From Anaerolineae bacterium (GTDB taxonomy: Bacteria > Chloroflexota > Anaerolineae > UBA1429), in NCBI GenBank assembly GCA_963675785.1, contig OY776562.1, forward strand, positions 2,048,001-2,112,000: 64,000 nt of DNA. The letters are read 5' to 3'. Of this stretch, positions 29,844 to 40,316 are shown piece after piece; positions within the stretch are counted from its first letter, which is position 1; the number at the start of each line of letters is the position of its first letter. The notes beneath the pieces were generated by a model. The model worked only from the letters and a program-made list of their open reading frames with translations. It searched no databases and was not told the DNA's origin. A program made the position numbers and the translations under genes.

Positions 29844-30520
29844 ATGCGCTCAATATCAGGTGTATAGCGAATCAAAAAGGCCGAGAGGCCGAACAGCACG
29901 GCGAGCTCGATAGCAATGGCTACGCCGTACTTCCACACAGCATCCATCCAGAATGGCTCTGGGTAGAGCTGAATGAGCGTGTCTTGGGCGTAGAACAGCC
30001 ACGTGCCCGACTGAAAGAACAGGCCGTGAAAAGCCTCGAAAAAGACATCAAAGTTGATGAGAGAAGCAGCAACAATACCAGCGATGATCACAGCCCCAAG
30101 CCAAATGCCCCCACGGATGGCACTGGCCAACTCGCGGCGCTCGGCACGATAAAGCAAATACAGCACTAGTACCAGCACAACGCCAGCCGCGATGACGGCT
30201 GCATCATAGAGCCCATCCATGACATAGCGCACATCCTGCATGTGTGAGATCTCGCGCTCATTGACTGCCGCCGTACCATCGGCCAGAGCGATATTGGCCA
30301 AATCATCCGCGGTGGCGCGACCCCGCAAAAAGTCGATCATGACATGCGATATGCTCAGTCGCTCCGAGTCGGTGAAACGAGCCGAAGACGGCATATCTGC
30401 AAGGCCATATTCGTGCCTGACAAACGCATCGGTAACGAACACATAGAGTGGTGCAAACAACACCATCACAGGTATGGCTACAACTAGTATAACCTGAATG
30501 ATGCGAGTCAGAGTCTTCAT
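29840..30520 (-). CDS. TIGR01906/DUF1461 family membrane protein
   Basis: EISHMQDV, FFEAFHGLFF, W.F...DTLIQLYPE.FW. Confidence 0.85.
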   Translation of the reverse strand: MKTLTRIIQVILVVAIPVMVLFAPLYVFVTDAFVRHEYGLADMPSSARFTDSERLSISHVMIDFLRGRATADDLANIALADGTAAVNEREISHMQDVRYVMDGLYDAAVIAAGVVLVLVLYLLYRAERRELASAIRGGIWLGAVIIAGIVAASLINFDVFFEAFHGLFFQSGTWLFYAQDTLIQLYPEPFWMDAVWKYGVAIAIELAVLFGLSAFLIRYTPDIERM

Positions 30521-30585
30521 GCCCAGGCCTTTCAAATTGGGAGACAACGCCCGTTCAGTATACGGTAGCTAGCCCATGGAGCAAA

Positions 30586-32940
30586 CTAGCTTTTACGAAC
30601 GGCCTCTTGCTTCTTGCGCTGGAAGAGCATTCTTACCAACACCATACGAAGCCGTGTATAAGCCTCTCGCGCAATCCTGGCCGTAAGGTTGGTAGGCGGA
30701 TCCTTTTCGTAGGCAGCCATCTCGTAGGCCTGCCCGATGGTATTCACATCGTTGGCAGATCCCTTGGCAAAGCGAGCCCTGCGCTCCAGCGCCGGACCAA
30801 GGCTGGCCACGAATTCACGCGGCGTCTCGCTAGACACAGGCCCAAAGCCGATCCAACGTGAGAGGCGAACCATCTTTCGATAGATAGATGTGACCTCAAC
30901 CTCTGGTGAGACAAAGCGAACTCTCTCATCCCCCTTGGGGCGCATAAGCAGGAACAGTCCTGTACCAAGAATGGGGATAATGAGCCACCACAACTGCGGC
31001 AGTGTGACATCCTGATCCGGTTCTATTGGCGTAGAAAGCGGCAGAGGCAATACTTCAATATCTTCTGTTTCTTCGGCTTCTTCCGAAGAGCGATCAAACA
31101 CATTTTGGGATGGCGTCGGCTCGAATTCTACCCAGCCAATCCCCGGAAAGTAAACTTCGGGCCAGGCGTGGGCATTGTAATCCATCACCAGCCAGGCACC
31201 ACGAAGAACATCAAACTGCCCCTGGTTATAGCCCGAGACATAGCGCGCAGCAACGCCCACTGCACGCAGCATAACAACCATAGCCGAGGCGGAATAGTCG
31301 CAAAAGCCTTCTTGAGTTTCAAAGAGGAAATAGTCTACCAGGTCCTCGCCATAAGGCACCGGCTCCACATCAAGATTGTACTGGTATTGACGCAGATAGG
31401 CTTCGATCGCTCGCGCCTTTTCATAGCGCGTCGTGGCACCCGCATGGTCGACAATTTCCTGTGCCCGTTCAATCACCCTTTCGGGCAGTTCTTCAGGGAG
31501 CTGCAGGTATTGCGCTGTAATCCAATCGGGGTAGTCTTCTTCGGCAGCTATCAGGTCTTCACGCGCGGGAGTAGCCACCAACGACGTCACCGTATAGCGT
31601 GTTGCCTCGATGCTATAGGCGGCCATATCACCTTCATCGCGGAGCAAAACCGTGTAGGGCTCATCCACACTCGCCATAGCATTCACGCCCAAACCATACT
31701 CACTGGAATACGCGAGAAGCGTATACGTTTGGGTCACAATCTCAGTGGGATAATCAATCTCAACCCAGGTATCATCTGCACCCCACAGCTCAGTGACTAC
31801 TTCGCTGGTATCCCAACCGCGCCCCGTATAGATGTCATAGGTGCGTTCGCGCCAATAGCGCTTGGGCAACTGCCCTATTACATAATCCTGCAGAGATTCT
31901 TCATAGGCCAATTCTTCTTCGTCCACATGGGGTATCGGATCGCTGGTGCGCACTAGAAGCATTCTGTCGTTCTGAAACACAGGGGCACTATAAACGCTGT
32001 GACTACCAAGGCCCTCAGGCCCCGTTGCGACTACAGTTGGCAAAGGGTTACGCCCCGCAAAAGCTCGGTCAAGGTTGTCATAGAAACTCTCAAAAGTATC
32101 GCCGTAATGATTCCAGAAATAATCAACGGCACGATGCCAGGTAGCCACCGGCATGAGCAAAGATATTCCCAAAAGCAACACGATGATGGTTACGCTAGAA
32201 TTGACCGAGCGTTCTCGCACACTCAGGGCGACATCCAAACCACGGGCATTCCAGCGCGATTCGAGCGTGATGATCCTATTCCAGAACATGGCCACCAGAA
32301 ACAGCGCGAAAAAGATATACACAAAAACTGAACCCAGGCCAGTGTAGGCAGCGTTGATAATGGTGCTGATGCCAATGGGCAAGAGTGCAATGATTGGTTT
32401 CCGCGCTTTGATGAGGTAGAGGGCAGCCCACAAGGCACAGAACCACACCAAAAAAACGGCTCCCAGCTTGAGTGCTGTTGTATCCAACGAAGACTGACCA
32501 AGCTGCAGCACAGCCCACCAATCCACGAGACGTTCCCACATGTCCTCAAGAGCCCGCGCAACATGCTGTAAAGAGCCAGAAAAAGGCGTGATGGGTTCCG
32601 GCCATTGCCCCAGCAAAAGGGCCTTTAGCCAGGGAAATAGCACTTGCAGATCGCGCCAAATGATCTCGGCGCGGGGCATCACATCAGCTACCCAATTGAT
32701 GCTGTACTCTAGGCCCAAAATAGAACCAAAGATCATAGAAAACCACAACGGGAACGGTGTTCTAGCAAGGATAGCACCTATTGCCACCGCAATGAGTGCG
32801 GGGGCAAACAGACGATATCCCTGCGGAAGCCACATGGTTTCATCAAAACTGAACGGTAAGATGAGCGCCGCAAGCGCCAGAACGATGATCAGCACGATAT
32901 CTTTGCGCCAGGAAGGTTGTACGATCGAAACTGTATCCAT
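30586..32940 (-). CDS. Membrane-bound transglutaminase-like protein (TgpA-like)
   Basis: N-terminal TMs; GFCDYSASAM, HAWPEVYF, GWVEFEPTP. Confidence 0.9.
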   Translation of the reverse strand: MDTVSIVQPSWRKDIVLIIVLALAALILPFSFDETMWLPQGYRLFAPALIAVAIGAILARTPFPLWFSMIFGSILGLEYSINWVADVMPRAEIIWRDLQVLFPWLKALLLGQWPEPITPFSGSLQHVARALEDMWERLVDWWAVLQLGQSSLDTTALKLGAVFLVWFCALWAALYLIKARKPIIALLPIGISTIINAAYTGLGSVFVYIFFALFLVAMFWNRIITLESRWNARGLDVALSVRERSVNSSVTIIVLLLGISLLMPVATWHRAVDYFWNHYGDTFESFYDNLDRAFAGRNPLPTVVATGPEGLGSHSVYSAPVFQNDRMLLVRTSDPIPHVDEEELAYEESLQDYVIGQLPKRYWRERTYDIYTGRGWDTSEVVTELWGADDTWVEIDYPTEIVTQTYTLLAYSSEYGLGVNAMASVDEPYTVLLRDEGDMAAYSIEATRYTVTSLVATPAREDLIAAEEDYPDWITAQYLQLPEELPERVIERAQEIVDHAGATTRYEKARAIEAYLRQYQYNLDVEPVPYGEDLVDYFLFETQEGFCDYSASAMVVMLRAVGVAARYVSGYNQGQFDVLRGAWLVMDYNAHAWPEVYFPGIGWVEFEPTPSQNVFDRSSEEAEETEDIEVLPLPLSTPIEPDQDVTLPQLWWLIIPILGTGLFLLMRPKGDERVRFVSPEVEVTSIYRKMVRLSRWIGFGPVSSETPREFVASLGPALERRARFAKGSANDVNTIGQAYEMAAYEKDPPTNLTARIAREAYTRLRMVLVRMLFQRKKQEAVRKS

Positions 32941-34254
32941 TTACAGAATCTCCCTTCCTACCGTCACCCAGTCAGAATCCGGTCGGCCGGTAAGCCGCCA
33001 GTCCATACGGCGTTGACGACTGGCCGTTGTCTCGGGGCGCTGCCGGCGGGCAATATCTTCCAGAGCTAACGAACGTCCAATTGTTGTGGTGCTAATGCCA
33101 AACTCTGCCAAAGCAGAGCGAATATCAGGAGATGGAGGAGCACCGAATTGGGGGGCATCAAGCAAAAAGACATGCGGATAAATGCCACGATGGCGATATT
33201 CGAGCACCTCTTCAAGCCAGGCACTATCTGCTGAGGGCGTAATCACCGCCGCTGTCATGCCGCGCTTCACAAGCTGTTGGCTATCTCGAAGGAGCTGGTT
33301 TAGAGGCTCGGTGGAAACTGCGTGAAGACTAGCCAGTTCTTTGAGGATAATCCATAAATGTTGCATTCCTTTTTGCGGCTGAACGATATGCAGCTCAGTA
33401 TCGCAAGAAAGCAATCCAACAGCGTGTTGGTCAGACAAGAGCTGGCTAGCCAGCGTAGTTGCCAAAATGACGGCGTATTCCTCGGTAGAAATCAAGCCCG
33501 AACCTGCATGTACACGCCTATGCATATCAAGCACAATCCACACATCACCAGTGGGCTCGATATCGAACTCGCGAACAAAGATGCCGCCGTTATCTTCAGT
33601 GCTACGTTTAGCGGTTGTTCGCCAATGTATCTTGCTCAACGGATCGCCGGGGTTGTAATCTCGCACAGAAGAAGCATTAGTGGTGAGCTGCAGGCTGCGT
33701 TGGTTTGCCCGTCCGCCACTGCTATTGGTTCCCTGAGGAGTGAGCAATCGGGGCAATGGTGCCACAGCGGGGTACACCACGAAAACGTCAGTGGCACTAT
33801 GGGTTACGGTCACCTCAAAGAGGCCAAAGGGATCTCCCATGAGAATATCTACGGGACCAAGACGAAACACGCCGCGTTGAGAGCAAAGGACAGTTTTCTG
33901 CCAGTTTGAATATCGCCGCCCTTGCAAGCCAAAAGCGCGGCTGGCATCATAACCTGGCAGCGTTGAGTAGTCTTGTACTTCGGCCCAGGGTACCGACATC
34001 CAGGAATGATTCTGGACAATAAAGCGCTCTTCCAGAATGTCGCCTACCTGCGCCCATGTATGCCGCCGTTCCCGACGCACATAAATGGCCTTGGAGACAC
34101 GTTTACACCAGTAATAGCAAACGGCAATCAGCCCTGCAAGAATCCAAAATGCAAACTGCGTGACACGAGTGGGGGAAAAGATTTGCAGGGAGAGTAGAAA
34201 TCCCGCCAGAATAAGGGGAAGCCAAGAGCGTACGCGTACACGACTTTGTAACAT
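32941..34254 (-). CDS. DUF58 domain protein
   Basis: DPFGLF, VRDYNPGDPLSKIHWRTTAK, VREF. Confidence 0.9.
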   Translation of the reverse strand: MLQSRVRVRSWLPLILAGFLLSLQIFSPTRVTQFAFWILAGLIAVCYYWCKRVSKAIYVRRERRHTWAQVGDILEERFIVQNHSWMSVPWAEVQDYSTLPGYDASRAFGLQGRRYSNWQKTVLCSQRGVFRLGPVDILMGDPFGLFEVTVTHSATDVFVVYPAVAPLPRLLTPQGTNSSGGRANQRSLQLTTNASSVRDYNPGDPLSKIHWRTTAKRSTEDNGGIFVREFDIEPTGDVWIVLDMHRRVHAGSGLISTEEYAVILATTLASQLLSDQHAVGLLSCDTELHIVQPQKGMQHLWIILKELASLHAVSTEPLNQLLRDSQQLVKRGMTAAVITPSADSAWLEEVLEYRHRGIYPHVFLLDAPQFGAPPSPDIRSALAEFGISTTTIGRSLALEDIARRQRPETTASRQRRMDWRLTGRPDSDWVTVGREIL

Positions 34255-34348
34255 CACCTCTCCAGGTTTACTAAAAAGGCGTTCAGAAGTCTATAATACC
34301 AAAAGGGCGTAGAGAATGCTATCTCTACGCCCTCGAAATTCAGATAAA

Positions 34349-35515
34349 TCAAACAGATGGATCCAGTGGTCTGGTTTCGTCACCGTCAGCCGACTCATCC
34401 TCATCATTCTCTGCATCTGGAAAAGAGTCAGTATCTTCAGATTCATCTTCCAAGAGATCTTCTTCCATATCGTTCAGAAGAGCGGTGAATCCGGCAATGC
34501 TATCATCGAGGTCAGAATCGTTGATCTCGCTCTCAAAAAGCTTTTGCGTATCGCCCTTGGTTGACATGGAACCAGACGACGCCTTATCAGGCGACTGTAC
34601 AGTCCGAATCTGTTGCAGGGCATCCACTTTGGTAATGAGCAACGCCCCTACTCCCCAGGCCTCAGCAGCCAGCAATAGAATCGTCCCCACACAGGGCACA
34701 TAAGAGAGCAGCCCCAGTAACGCAGCGCCAAGCAATGTCTCAGTAACGGCATTCATCGATTTGAGAGACAGCAAGCGGGCTAAACGCTGGCCCAGCCAAC
34801 GCCCTACTGCCGCCCAGCCAAAGAGCGCGGCGACAAGTATGAACACTCCCAAAACCAACAACAGTGGAATGCCGATGCAAATAAGTGAGAGTACGCCGAA
34901 CAAAATCGCCAGCACAATGACAAGAACGATTGTCAGGGCGCCGATGCCCACACTGGCGATCCAGTCCGTCGTCATCACCAAATTGGTTTCTTCAATCGCC
35001 CTGGGGGCAATGAGAACCGCTAATACCGCCAGCCCCAGAATGAGGATGAACGACAATGAACGACCCAAAACGTTGGATGTATCCGCATATTGCACTTTAG
35101 TAATCTCTTGGGTTACCGAAGGAAATACGTCTCCAGAGGAGAATCCAATACGATCACCAAGGATCTGAGCTCCCTCTTGTTCTTGAAGGCTCCCCAGATT
35201 GACAAGATCACCTTCAATCAATGCTGTCGATTCGACGTTGATTTGTCCACCAAAAACGACGACATCACCACTTACTGTACCGGCGAGGGTTAGATCGCCG
35301 CCAAATACAGCTACACTGCCATCTACAAAGCTGTCTTCCATGAGTGAGGCTGATCCGCCAAAAACCGTCAGATCACCAAGAAGCTGCTCGCCAGAACTGA
35401 GCACATAATCTTCACCAAAGACGGTATTCGCTGTGCCAGAATCCGCCATCACCGGAAATGCTCCCAGCAATGTGACGGCCACAACAAGCGCTAGAGCCTG
35501 AACGAACCTCCGCAT
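34349..35515 (-). CDS. Membrane protein with N-terminal beta-helix (bactofilin-like) repeats and acidic tail
   Basis: Signal peptide, repeated G(D/S)V.VFGG, multiple TMs, Asp/Glu-rich C-terminus. Confidence 0.75.
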   Translation of the reverse strand: MRRFVQALALVVAVTLLGAFPVMADSGTANTVFGEDYVLSSGEQLLGDLTVFGGSASLMEDSFVDGSVAVFGGDLTLAGTVSGDVVVFGGQINVESTALIEGDLVNLGSLQEQEGAQILGDRIGFSSGDVFPSVTQEITKVQYADTSNVLGRSLSFILILGLAVLAVLIAPRAIEETNLVMTTDWIASVGIGALTIVLVIVLAILFGVLSLICIGIPLLLVLGVFILVAALFGWAAVGRWLGQRLARLLSLKSMNAVTETLLGAALLGLLSYVPCVGTILLLAAEAWGVGALLITKVDALQQIRTVQSPDKASSGSMSTKGDTQKLFESEINDSDLDDSIAGFTALLNDMEEDLLEDESEDTDSFPDAENDEDESADGDETRPLDPSV

Positions 35516-35535
35516 CGTCTTACCAGTCATGATGC

Positions 35536-36075
35536 TCACCGCCGCCTGGACGAAACGAGCTTTAGCGCATCGAACCAGAGAAAAATCAGGAAACCGCAAC
35601 CGATTGTCAGGGCTATAACCATCACACTGCCCGAGCTATTGACGGCAGACCCCGCCATCCCTCGCAAACTCGAAAATACCGTCGAGATGACTCCGAGGAA
35701 CTGTAAAAAACCGTCGGCAAACGTGCCTGTCATCGACGGAACGCTTGTCTCTCCCAGATTGCTCTCACCACCTGTTGGGGCAAACACCAAAAGGCCAACC
35801 AAAACACTGGCCAGAACAAACACACCCAGACTGCCTAACACGGCCCTGCGATGATTACGGCGTTTGACCTGCTGCATCACCCGCTGAGTAAAATCAGCGC
35901 GTGGCGCCAGAATACGGCTGCTACCCATGAGGGTTGAAGCATATTCCATTTGTGTGAGCAACCGACGGCACGTCGGGCATACAGCCAGATGTTGCTGCAG
36001 AGTATGTTCTTGCTCTACAGTCAGTTCGACATCCTGCTTGAGAGAGATAAGCTCGGAAGCCTGTTCACATTGCAT
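35536..36075 (-). CDS. Zinc-finger (ZAS, zf-HC2) anti-sigma factor
   Basis: MQC...HLAVCPTC (HxxxCxxC) followed by TM helices; downstream of ECF sigma. Confidence 0.9.
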   Translation of the reverse strand: MQCEQASELISLKQDVELTVEQEHTLQQHLAVCPTCRRLLTQMEYASTLMGSSRILAPRADFTQRVMQQVKRRNHRRAVLGSLGVFVLASVLVGLLVFAPTGGESNLGETSVPSMTGTFADGFLQFLGVISTVFSSLRGMAGSAVNSSGSVMVIALTIGCGFLIFLWFDALKLVSSRRR

Positions 36076-36105
36076 TATGCTTGCTCCTTGTCTTATCCCG
36101 GCCGT

Positions 36106-36672
36106 CTATGCAGCCGAAACCTGTTTCTGTTCGGCCAACATAACGGCCATTTGCTTTCTGGCGCGATGAAGCCTTGACTTGACTGCACTCACAGTGGTCT
36201 CGGTGATCTCGGCCATTTCTTCGTATGAATATTCATGCCAATACCGTAAAATAATTAGCAATCGATACTCTTCTGGTAACTGTTGCAAAAGTGCACGAAT
36301 TTCCCGCTCACGGTCTGCATTGAGCGTTCTATCTTCAGGCCTTGGCTTTTGATCGGGAATCCAACGCCAGGCCATGATCTCTTCCATCGATACAGCATTC
36401 TCTCTGCGGCGGCGCAAGCGGTCAATACAGTGATGTGAGGCGACCGAAAGTATCCATGAGGAGAACTTGCGCTCAGGATCAAAGGTGTCCAATCTCGAGT
36501 ACACCTTGATAAACGTTTCCTGAGCAGCGTCTTCCGCCTCAGACTCTGAGCCTAACATTCGATAGGCCAGGTTATAGACCGGTCGTTCGTATGCCTTGAC
36601 GATCTCAGCAAACGCTTCCTGATCTCCCGCCCGTGCCTGCAGGACCCACTGTAGCTCTTGATCCTGATCCAA
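36106..36672 (-). CDS. ECF RNA polymerase sigma factor (SigW-like)
   Basis: AEDAAQETF, FSSWI, SYEEMAE, VKSRLHRAR; GGAGG before TTG. Confidence 0.95.
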   Translation of the reverse strand: MDQDQELQWVLQARAGDQEAFAEIVKAYERPVYNLAYRMLGSESEAEDAAQETFIKVYSRLDTFDPERKFSSWILSVASHHCIDRLRRRRENAVSMEEIMAWRWIPDQKPRPEDRTLNADREREIRALLQQLPEEYRLLIILRYWHEYSYEEMAEITETTVSAVKSRLHRARKQMAVMLAEQKQVSAA

Positions 36673-36719
36673 CGAAATCCTCCAAGAATCCTGTCGATAT
36701 GGGTCCGCACGGTTCAGAT

Positions 36720-36748
36720 ACTATACGTATCAACAGAGATAGAGTTGC
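36720..36748 (-). promoter_or_regulatory. Autoregulatory ECF promoter
   Basis: TGCAAC-16bp-CGTA, close to the B. subtilis SigW consensus TGAAAC-N16-CGTA, directly upstream of the sigma gene. Confidence 0.8.
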
Positions 36749-36753
36749 ATATT

Positions 36754-37239
36754 TTAGAATACCAAAATGTGAATTTCGTGACTGCCCGAATCATAAACAG
36801 CGCAGGATGATTCACCAAAGCGTCCCATTACCTCGCCAGGGTTCACCAAGAGGCAGTCACCATAGCGCTTTTCCTCACGCCGATGGCTGTGTCCGTAGCA
36901 TACCAGATCATAGGCACCGCAACGGGCCAAAGGATCGGCAACCTTACCATAGTGGCAGAGCGCGATTTTGCGCCCATCCAACTCTAGTTCACCGATTTCA
37001 CCATGCAGAATAATGTTACCGGCCCGCTCAGCTTGCTGCGTCAACAAGAGCTTGTCACCATCGTTATTGCCCCACACCACGTGAACAGGCCCCTTAAAGC
37101 CTTGGCCCAGCATGGCCATGGTAAAAGGGGCACACAGATCACCCATGCAGAACAAAACATCACAATCGGACAGTTTGTTCAGCGCTCGTTCCAAAGCCCA
37201 GATGTTGTCGTGGATATCGGATAGAATGCCGATTCGCAT
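36754..37239 (-). CDS. YfcE-like metallophosphoesterase
   Basis: SDIHDN, GD, GNND, GHSH, NPG. Confidence 0.9.
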   Translation of the reverse strand: MRIGILSDIHDNIWALERALNKLSDCDVLFCMGDLCAPFTMAMLGQGFKGPVHVVWGNNDGDKLLLTQQAERAGNIILHGEIGELELDGRKIALCHYGKVADPLARCGAYDLVCYGHSHRREEKRYGDCLLVNPGEVMGRFGESSCAVYDSGSHEIHILVF

Positions 37240-37254
37240 GGCGACCTCCCTGCA

Positions 37255-37905
37255 CTAACGCTTTGATAGCTTTTTTTTGTAACGAGCATAAGAGCTGGTG
37301 AAATGCACCAGAGGCGAAGAGACTCGCCCCAATATCTTGCTTTGGCCGATAGAGACCTTGAATTCGTTGGCAGTCTCAAAGGACGGTATATCGACACAGG
37401 CACGCCCCACTTCATAGGGATGATGGGCGTCGCTGCCTGCCCCCTGGGCAATACCCCGCTCGATAGCCAAATCGACCGCTGCACGATTATCTTGCTTTTT
37501 GATGACCCGCGCATTGAGCACTTCGAGCGCATCAACAGTGGCAAGGATGCGCATTAGCGCTTCACGCTTAATCACCGATTTGCGCAAACTATCGAATGGA
37601 TGGGGTATATAAACCACACCGCCCTGCTCTCGGATGCGCCCAATTGTCTCCTCAGGAGACAGGCCCGACGGGATGGTTTCGTTGAGGAACAAGCCGATGA
37701 TCTCACCCTCGGCAGTTTTTATCTCTTCGCCCACAATCACCTTGAAAGGTGCCAGTTCCTGAACACGCCAGGCTCCATCAATGATATTGTGGTCGACAAT
37801 AGCGATGCCATCAAGTTCGCGCCGCTGGACTACCTGTACAAGAGTCTCGGGGGCCATTAGTGAATCTTTGGAAGAAGATGTATGCACATGTAGATCGATC
37901 TTCAT
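37255..37905 (-). CDS. PHP-domain protein
   Basis: DLHVHT, DHN, GEE, PHPF, GSDAH. Confidence 0.9.
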   Translation of the reverse strand: MKIDLHVHTSSSKDSLMAPETLVQVVQRRELDGIAIVDHNIIDGAWRVQELAPFKVIVGEEIKTAEGEIIGLFLNETIPSGLSPEETIGRIREQGGVVYIPHPFDSLRKSVIKREALMRILATVDALEVLNARVIKKQDNRAAVDLAIERGIAQGAGSDAHHPYEVGRACVDIPSFETANEFKVSIGQSKILGRVSSPLVHFTSSYARYKKKLSKR

Positions 37906-37988
37906 CAGCAGCTCTTTTCAGTTCAGAAGACAGAGGCGGCTGGCACACACAAGCCAACCGCCTCGAAATATATTGAATTCAGCGAGCA

Positions 37989-40058
37989 CTATTCGCGCTC
38001 GGCGCGCTCCTTGGCATCCGCCTGAATCTGCTCAATCAGGTGACTGGGCACGATGTCATAGTGCGAAAATTCCATAGAGAAATAGCCGCGGCCTTGTGTC
38101 ATGGAACGCAAGTCCGTTGCATAGCGCTGAATCTCGGCCAAAGGCACCTGAGCGGTAACGATGCCATTGCCGCGAGCACTTTCCATTCCCGATACACGCG
38201 CGCGGCGTGTGTTCAAGTCACCGAGGATATCGCCCATCGACTCTTCGGGGACAGTCACAACAACATTCATCACCGGCTCAAGCAGCACGGGGGCACACAG
38301 GGGGATACCATTCTTAAAGGCCAAGTGCGCAGCTAATTTAAAAGCCATTTCTGACGAGTCCACCGGGTGATACGACCCATCATAGATAATCGCCTTCAAG
38401 TCCACCGTGGGATAACCAGCAATAACACCGTCGCTCAGGACTTCGTTGAGGCCTTTTTCGACAGCGGGCACATACTGCTTGGGCACCGAACCACCAAAGA
38501 TCTCGTTGGCAAACTCGAAACCAGCACCACGCTCCAGAGGCTCAAAGCGAATCCAGCAATCACCAAATTGGCCGCGCCCACCGGTCTGTTTCTTGTGACG
38601 CCCTTGAACCTGGCCGATCTGGGTGATGGTCTCGCGATAGGCAATCTTGGGCAGTTCGGTCTCGATCTCAACGCCAAACTTTGAGGCAAGCTTCCGTGCG
38701 GCAATCTGAATGTGTGAATCGCCCATACCCGATATGATCAGCTCGTTGGTCTCGCTGTTACGCTCGACCCGCAGTGTGTTATCCTCTTCGGTCAAGCGGG
38801 CAAGGCCCTGGCCCATTTTATCCAGATCTGCCTTGCTCTTGGGAAATACGGCTACCGAGAAAAGCGGTTGGGGATAGGCAATAGGAGCAACCTGATACTG
38901 CTCACCGCGATCACACAGCGTATCCGAAGTCACGGTCACATCCAGCTTGTTGACCACACCGATATCGCCAGCGACGATACGCTCTGCGATCTTTTGATCC
39001 TTACCAAAGGGGATAAAGACCTGGCCAACGCGCTGTTCAGCCTGTTGATTCACGTTATAAACACGAGAGTCGGAGGTCAGCGAACCAGAAAATACGCGGA
39101 AGAAGCTCATCTTGCCAACAAAGGGGTCAGCCAGAGTTTTGAACACCTGAGCGACCAACGGGCCGTTGATGTCGCAAGTCAGTTCAACTTCTTCACCCGA
39201 AGCAACGTCAGTAGCCTTGCGAACCACATCCACAGGTGAAGGTGCGAAACGAATCATAGCGTTCAAGAACGATTTAACACCAATGCGCTCTGTAGCAGAG
39301 CCAGCAAAGACCAGGGTCAAATCACCAGAACGTGCGCCCCGAGAGAGCGCCGAGACGATTTCATCATCGGTGATCTCTTCTTCTTCCAGATATTTCATCA
39401 TGAGCTCGTCGTCAATTTCGACGGCCAGCTCTACCATCTGCATTCGGGCTACCTGGACATCAGCTGCAATATCGGCCGGAATATCCTGTTCAGCCGCATC
39501 GGGCCCCATATAGGCCTTCATCGTTACCAGGTCCACCACACCTTTGAGCTCAGCCTGGGCACCAACCGGAATCTGAACGGGAACAAACTTGCCATCGAAT
39601 TTTTGGCTCAGCTGCTCCAGAGCCTGTTCAAAGTTGGCATTGTCGCGATCCATCTTGTTCACAAAGATGAAGCTCGGCAGACCTTCGTCTTTTAGATACT
39701 GCCAGTGGAGCTCTGCCCCCACTTCGACACCAGATGCCGCACAAATAACCAAAACACCGGCGTCCACGGCGCGAAGTGCGTTCTTGACTTCGCCTACAAA
39801 GTCCGTGTAACCCGGTGCATCGACGACATTCAGCTTTTTCTTCTGCCACTCGAAAGAAAGCACCGAGGCACTCACTGAAAGGCCGCGGCGATGCTCTTCT
39901 TCATCATAGTCAGAAACCGTGTTTTTGTCTTCAATACGGCCAAGACGCGACACCGCACCCGCGGCAAAGAGCATAGCCTCACTCAGAGAGGTCTTTCCAC
40001 TGCTCCCATGGCCCAGTAGCGTGATGTTGCGCAGGTCGGCTGGTTTATACTCCCCCAT
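37989..40058 (-). CDS. fusA: Elongation factor G paralogue (EF-G2 type)
   Basis: GHGSSGKTS, DAPG, NKMD, KKQTGGRGQFG, GSYHPVDSSEMAF; not in str operon. Confidence 0.93.
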   Translation of the reverse strand: MGEYKPADLRNITLLGHGSSGKTSLSEAMLFAAGAVSRLGRIEDKNTVSDYDEEEHRRGLSVSASVLSFEWQKKKLNVVDAPGYTDFVGEVKNALRAVDAGVLVICAASGVEVGAELHWQYLKDEGLPSFIFVNKMDRDNANFEQALEQLSQKFDGKFVPVQIPVGAQAELKGVVDLVTMKAYMGPDAAEQDIPADIAADVQVARMQMVELAVEIDDELMMKYLEEEEITDDEIVSALSRGARSGDLTLVFAGSATERIGVKSFLNAMIRFAPSPVDVVRKATDVASGEEVELTCDINGPLVAQVFKTLADPFVGKMSFFRVFSGSLTSDSRVYNVNQQAEQRVGQVFIPFGKDQKIAERIVAGDIGVVNKLDVTVTSDTLCDRGEQYQVAPIAYPQPLFSVAVFPKSKADLDKMGQGLARLTEEDNTLRVERNSETNELIISGMGDSHIQIAARKLASKFGVEIETELPKIAYRETITQIGQVQGRHKKQTGGRGQFGDCWIRFEPLERGAGFEFANEIFGGSVPKQYVPAVEKGLNEVLSDGVIAGYPTVDLKAIIYDGSYHPVDSSEMAFKLAAHLAFKNGIPLCAPVLLEPVMNVVVTVPEESMGDILGDLNTRRARVSGMESARGNGIVTAQVPLAEIQRYATDLRSMTQGRGYFSMEFSHYDIVPSHLIEQIQADAKERAERE

Positions 40059-40316
40059 CTAAAAGCACCCTCCTATGCTCTTTGGTACGCCTCGTAGCAT
40101 TATAGCATCACGACAGGTAATCACCAAGACGCCACTATGCCTCCATACATAATACAGACAGTAGTCTCACGGCCAAATGGCTGAGTTACACCTGTAGCCT
40201 GGGCCCGATTTTCATAGTCCGTTAGAGTTCCGAGCAGAAAGAGATAGCATATCTAGACGCCTGTTGCACGTCTGCTGTCTGCATGTTAAAAGAAAGGAGT
40301 TTGGAATGGAGATGAA

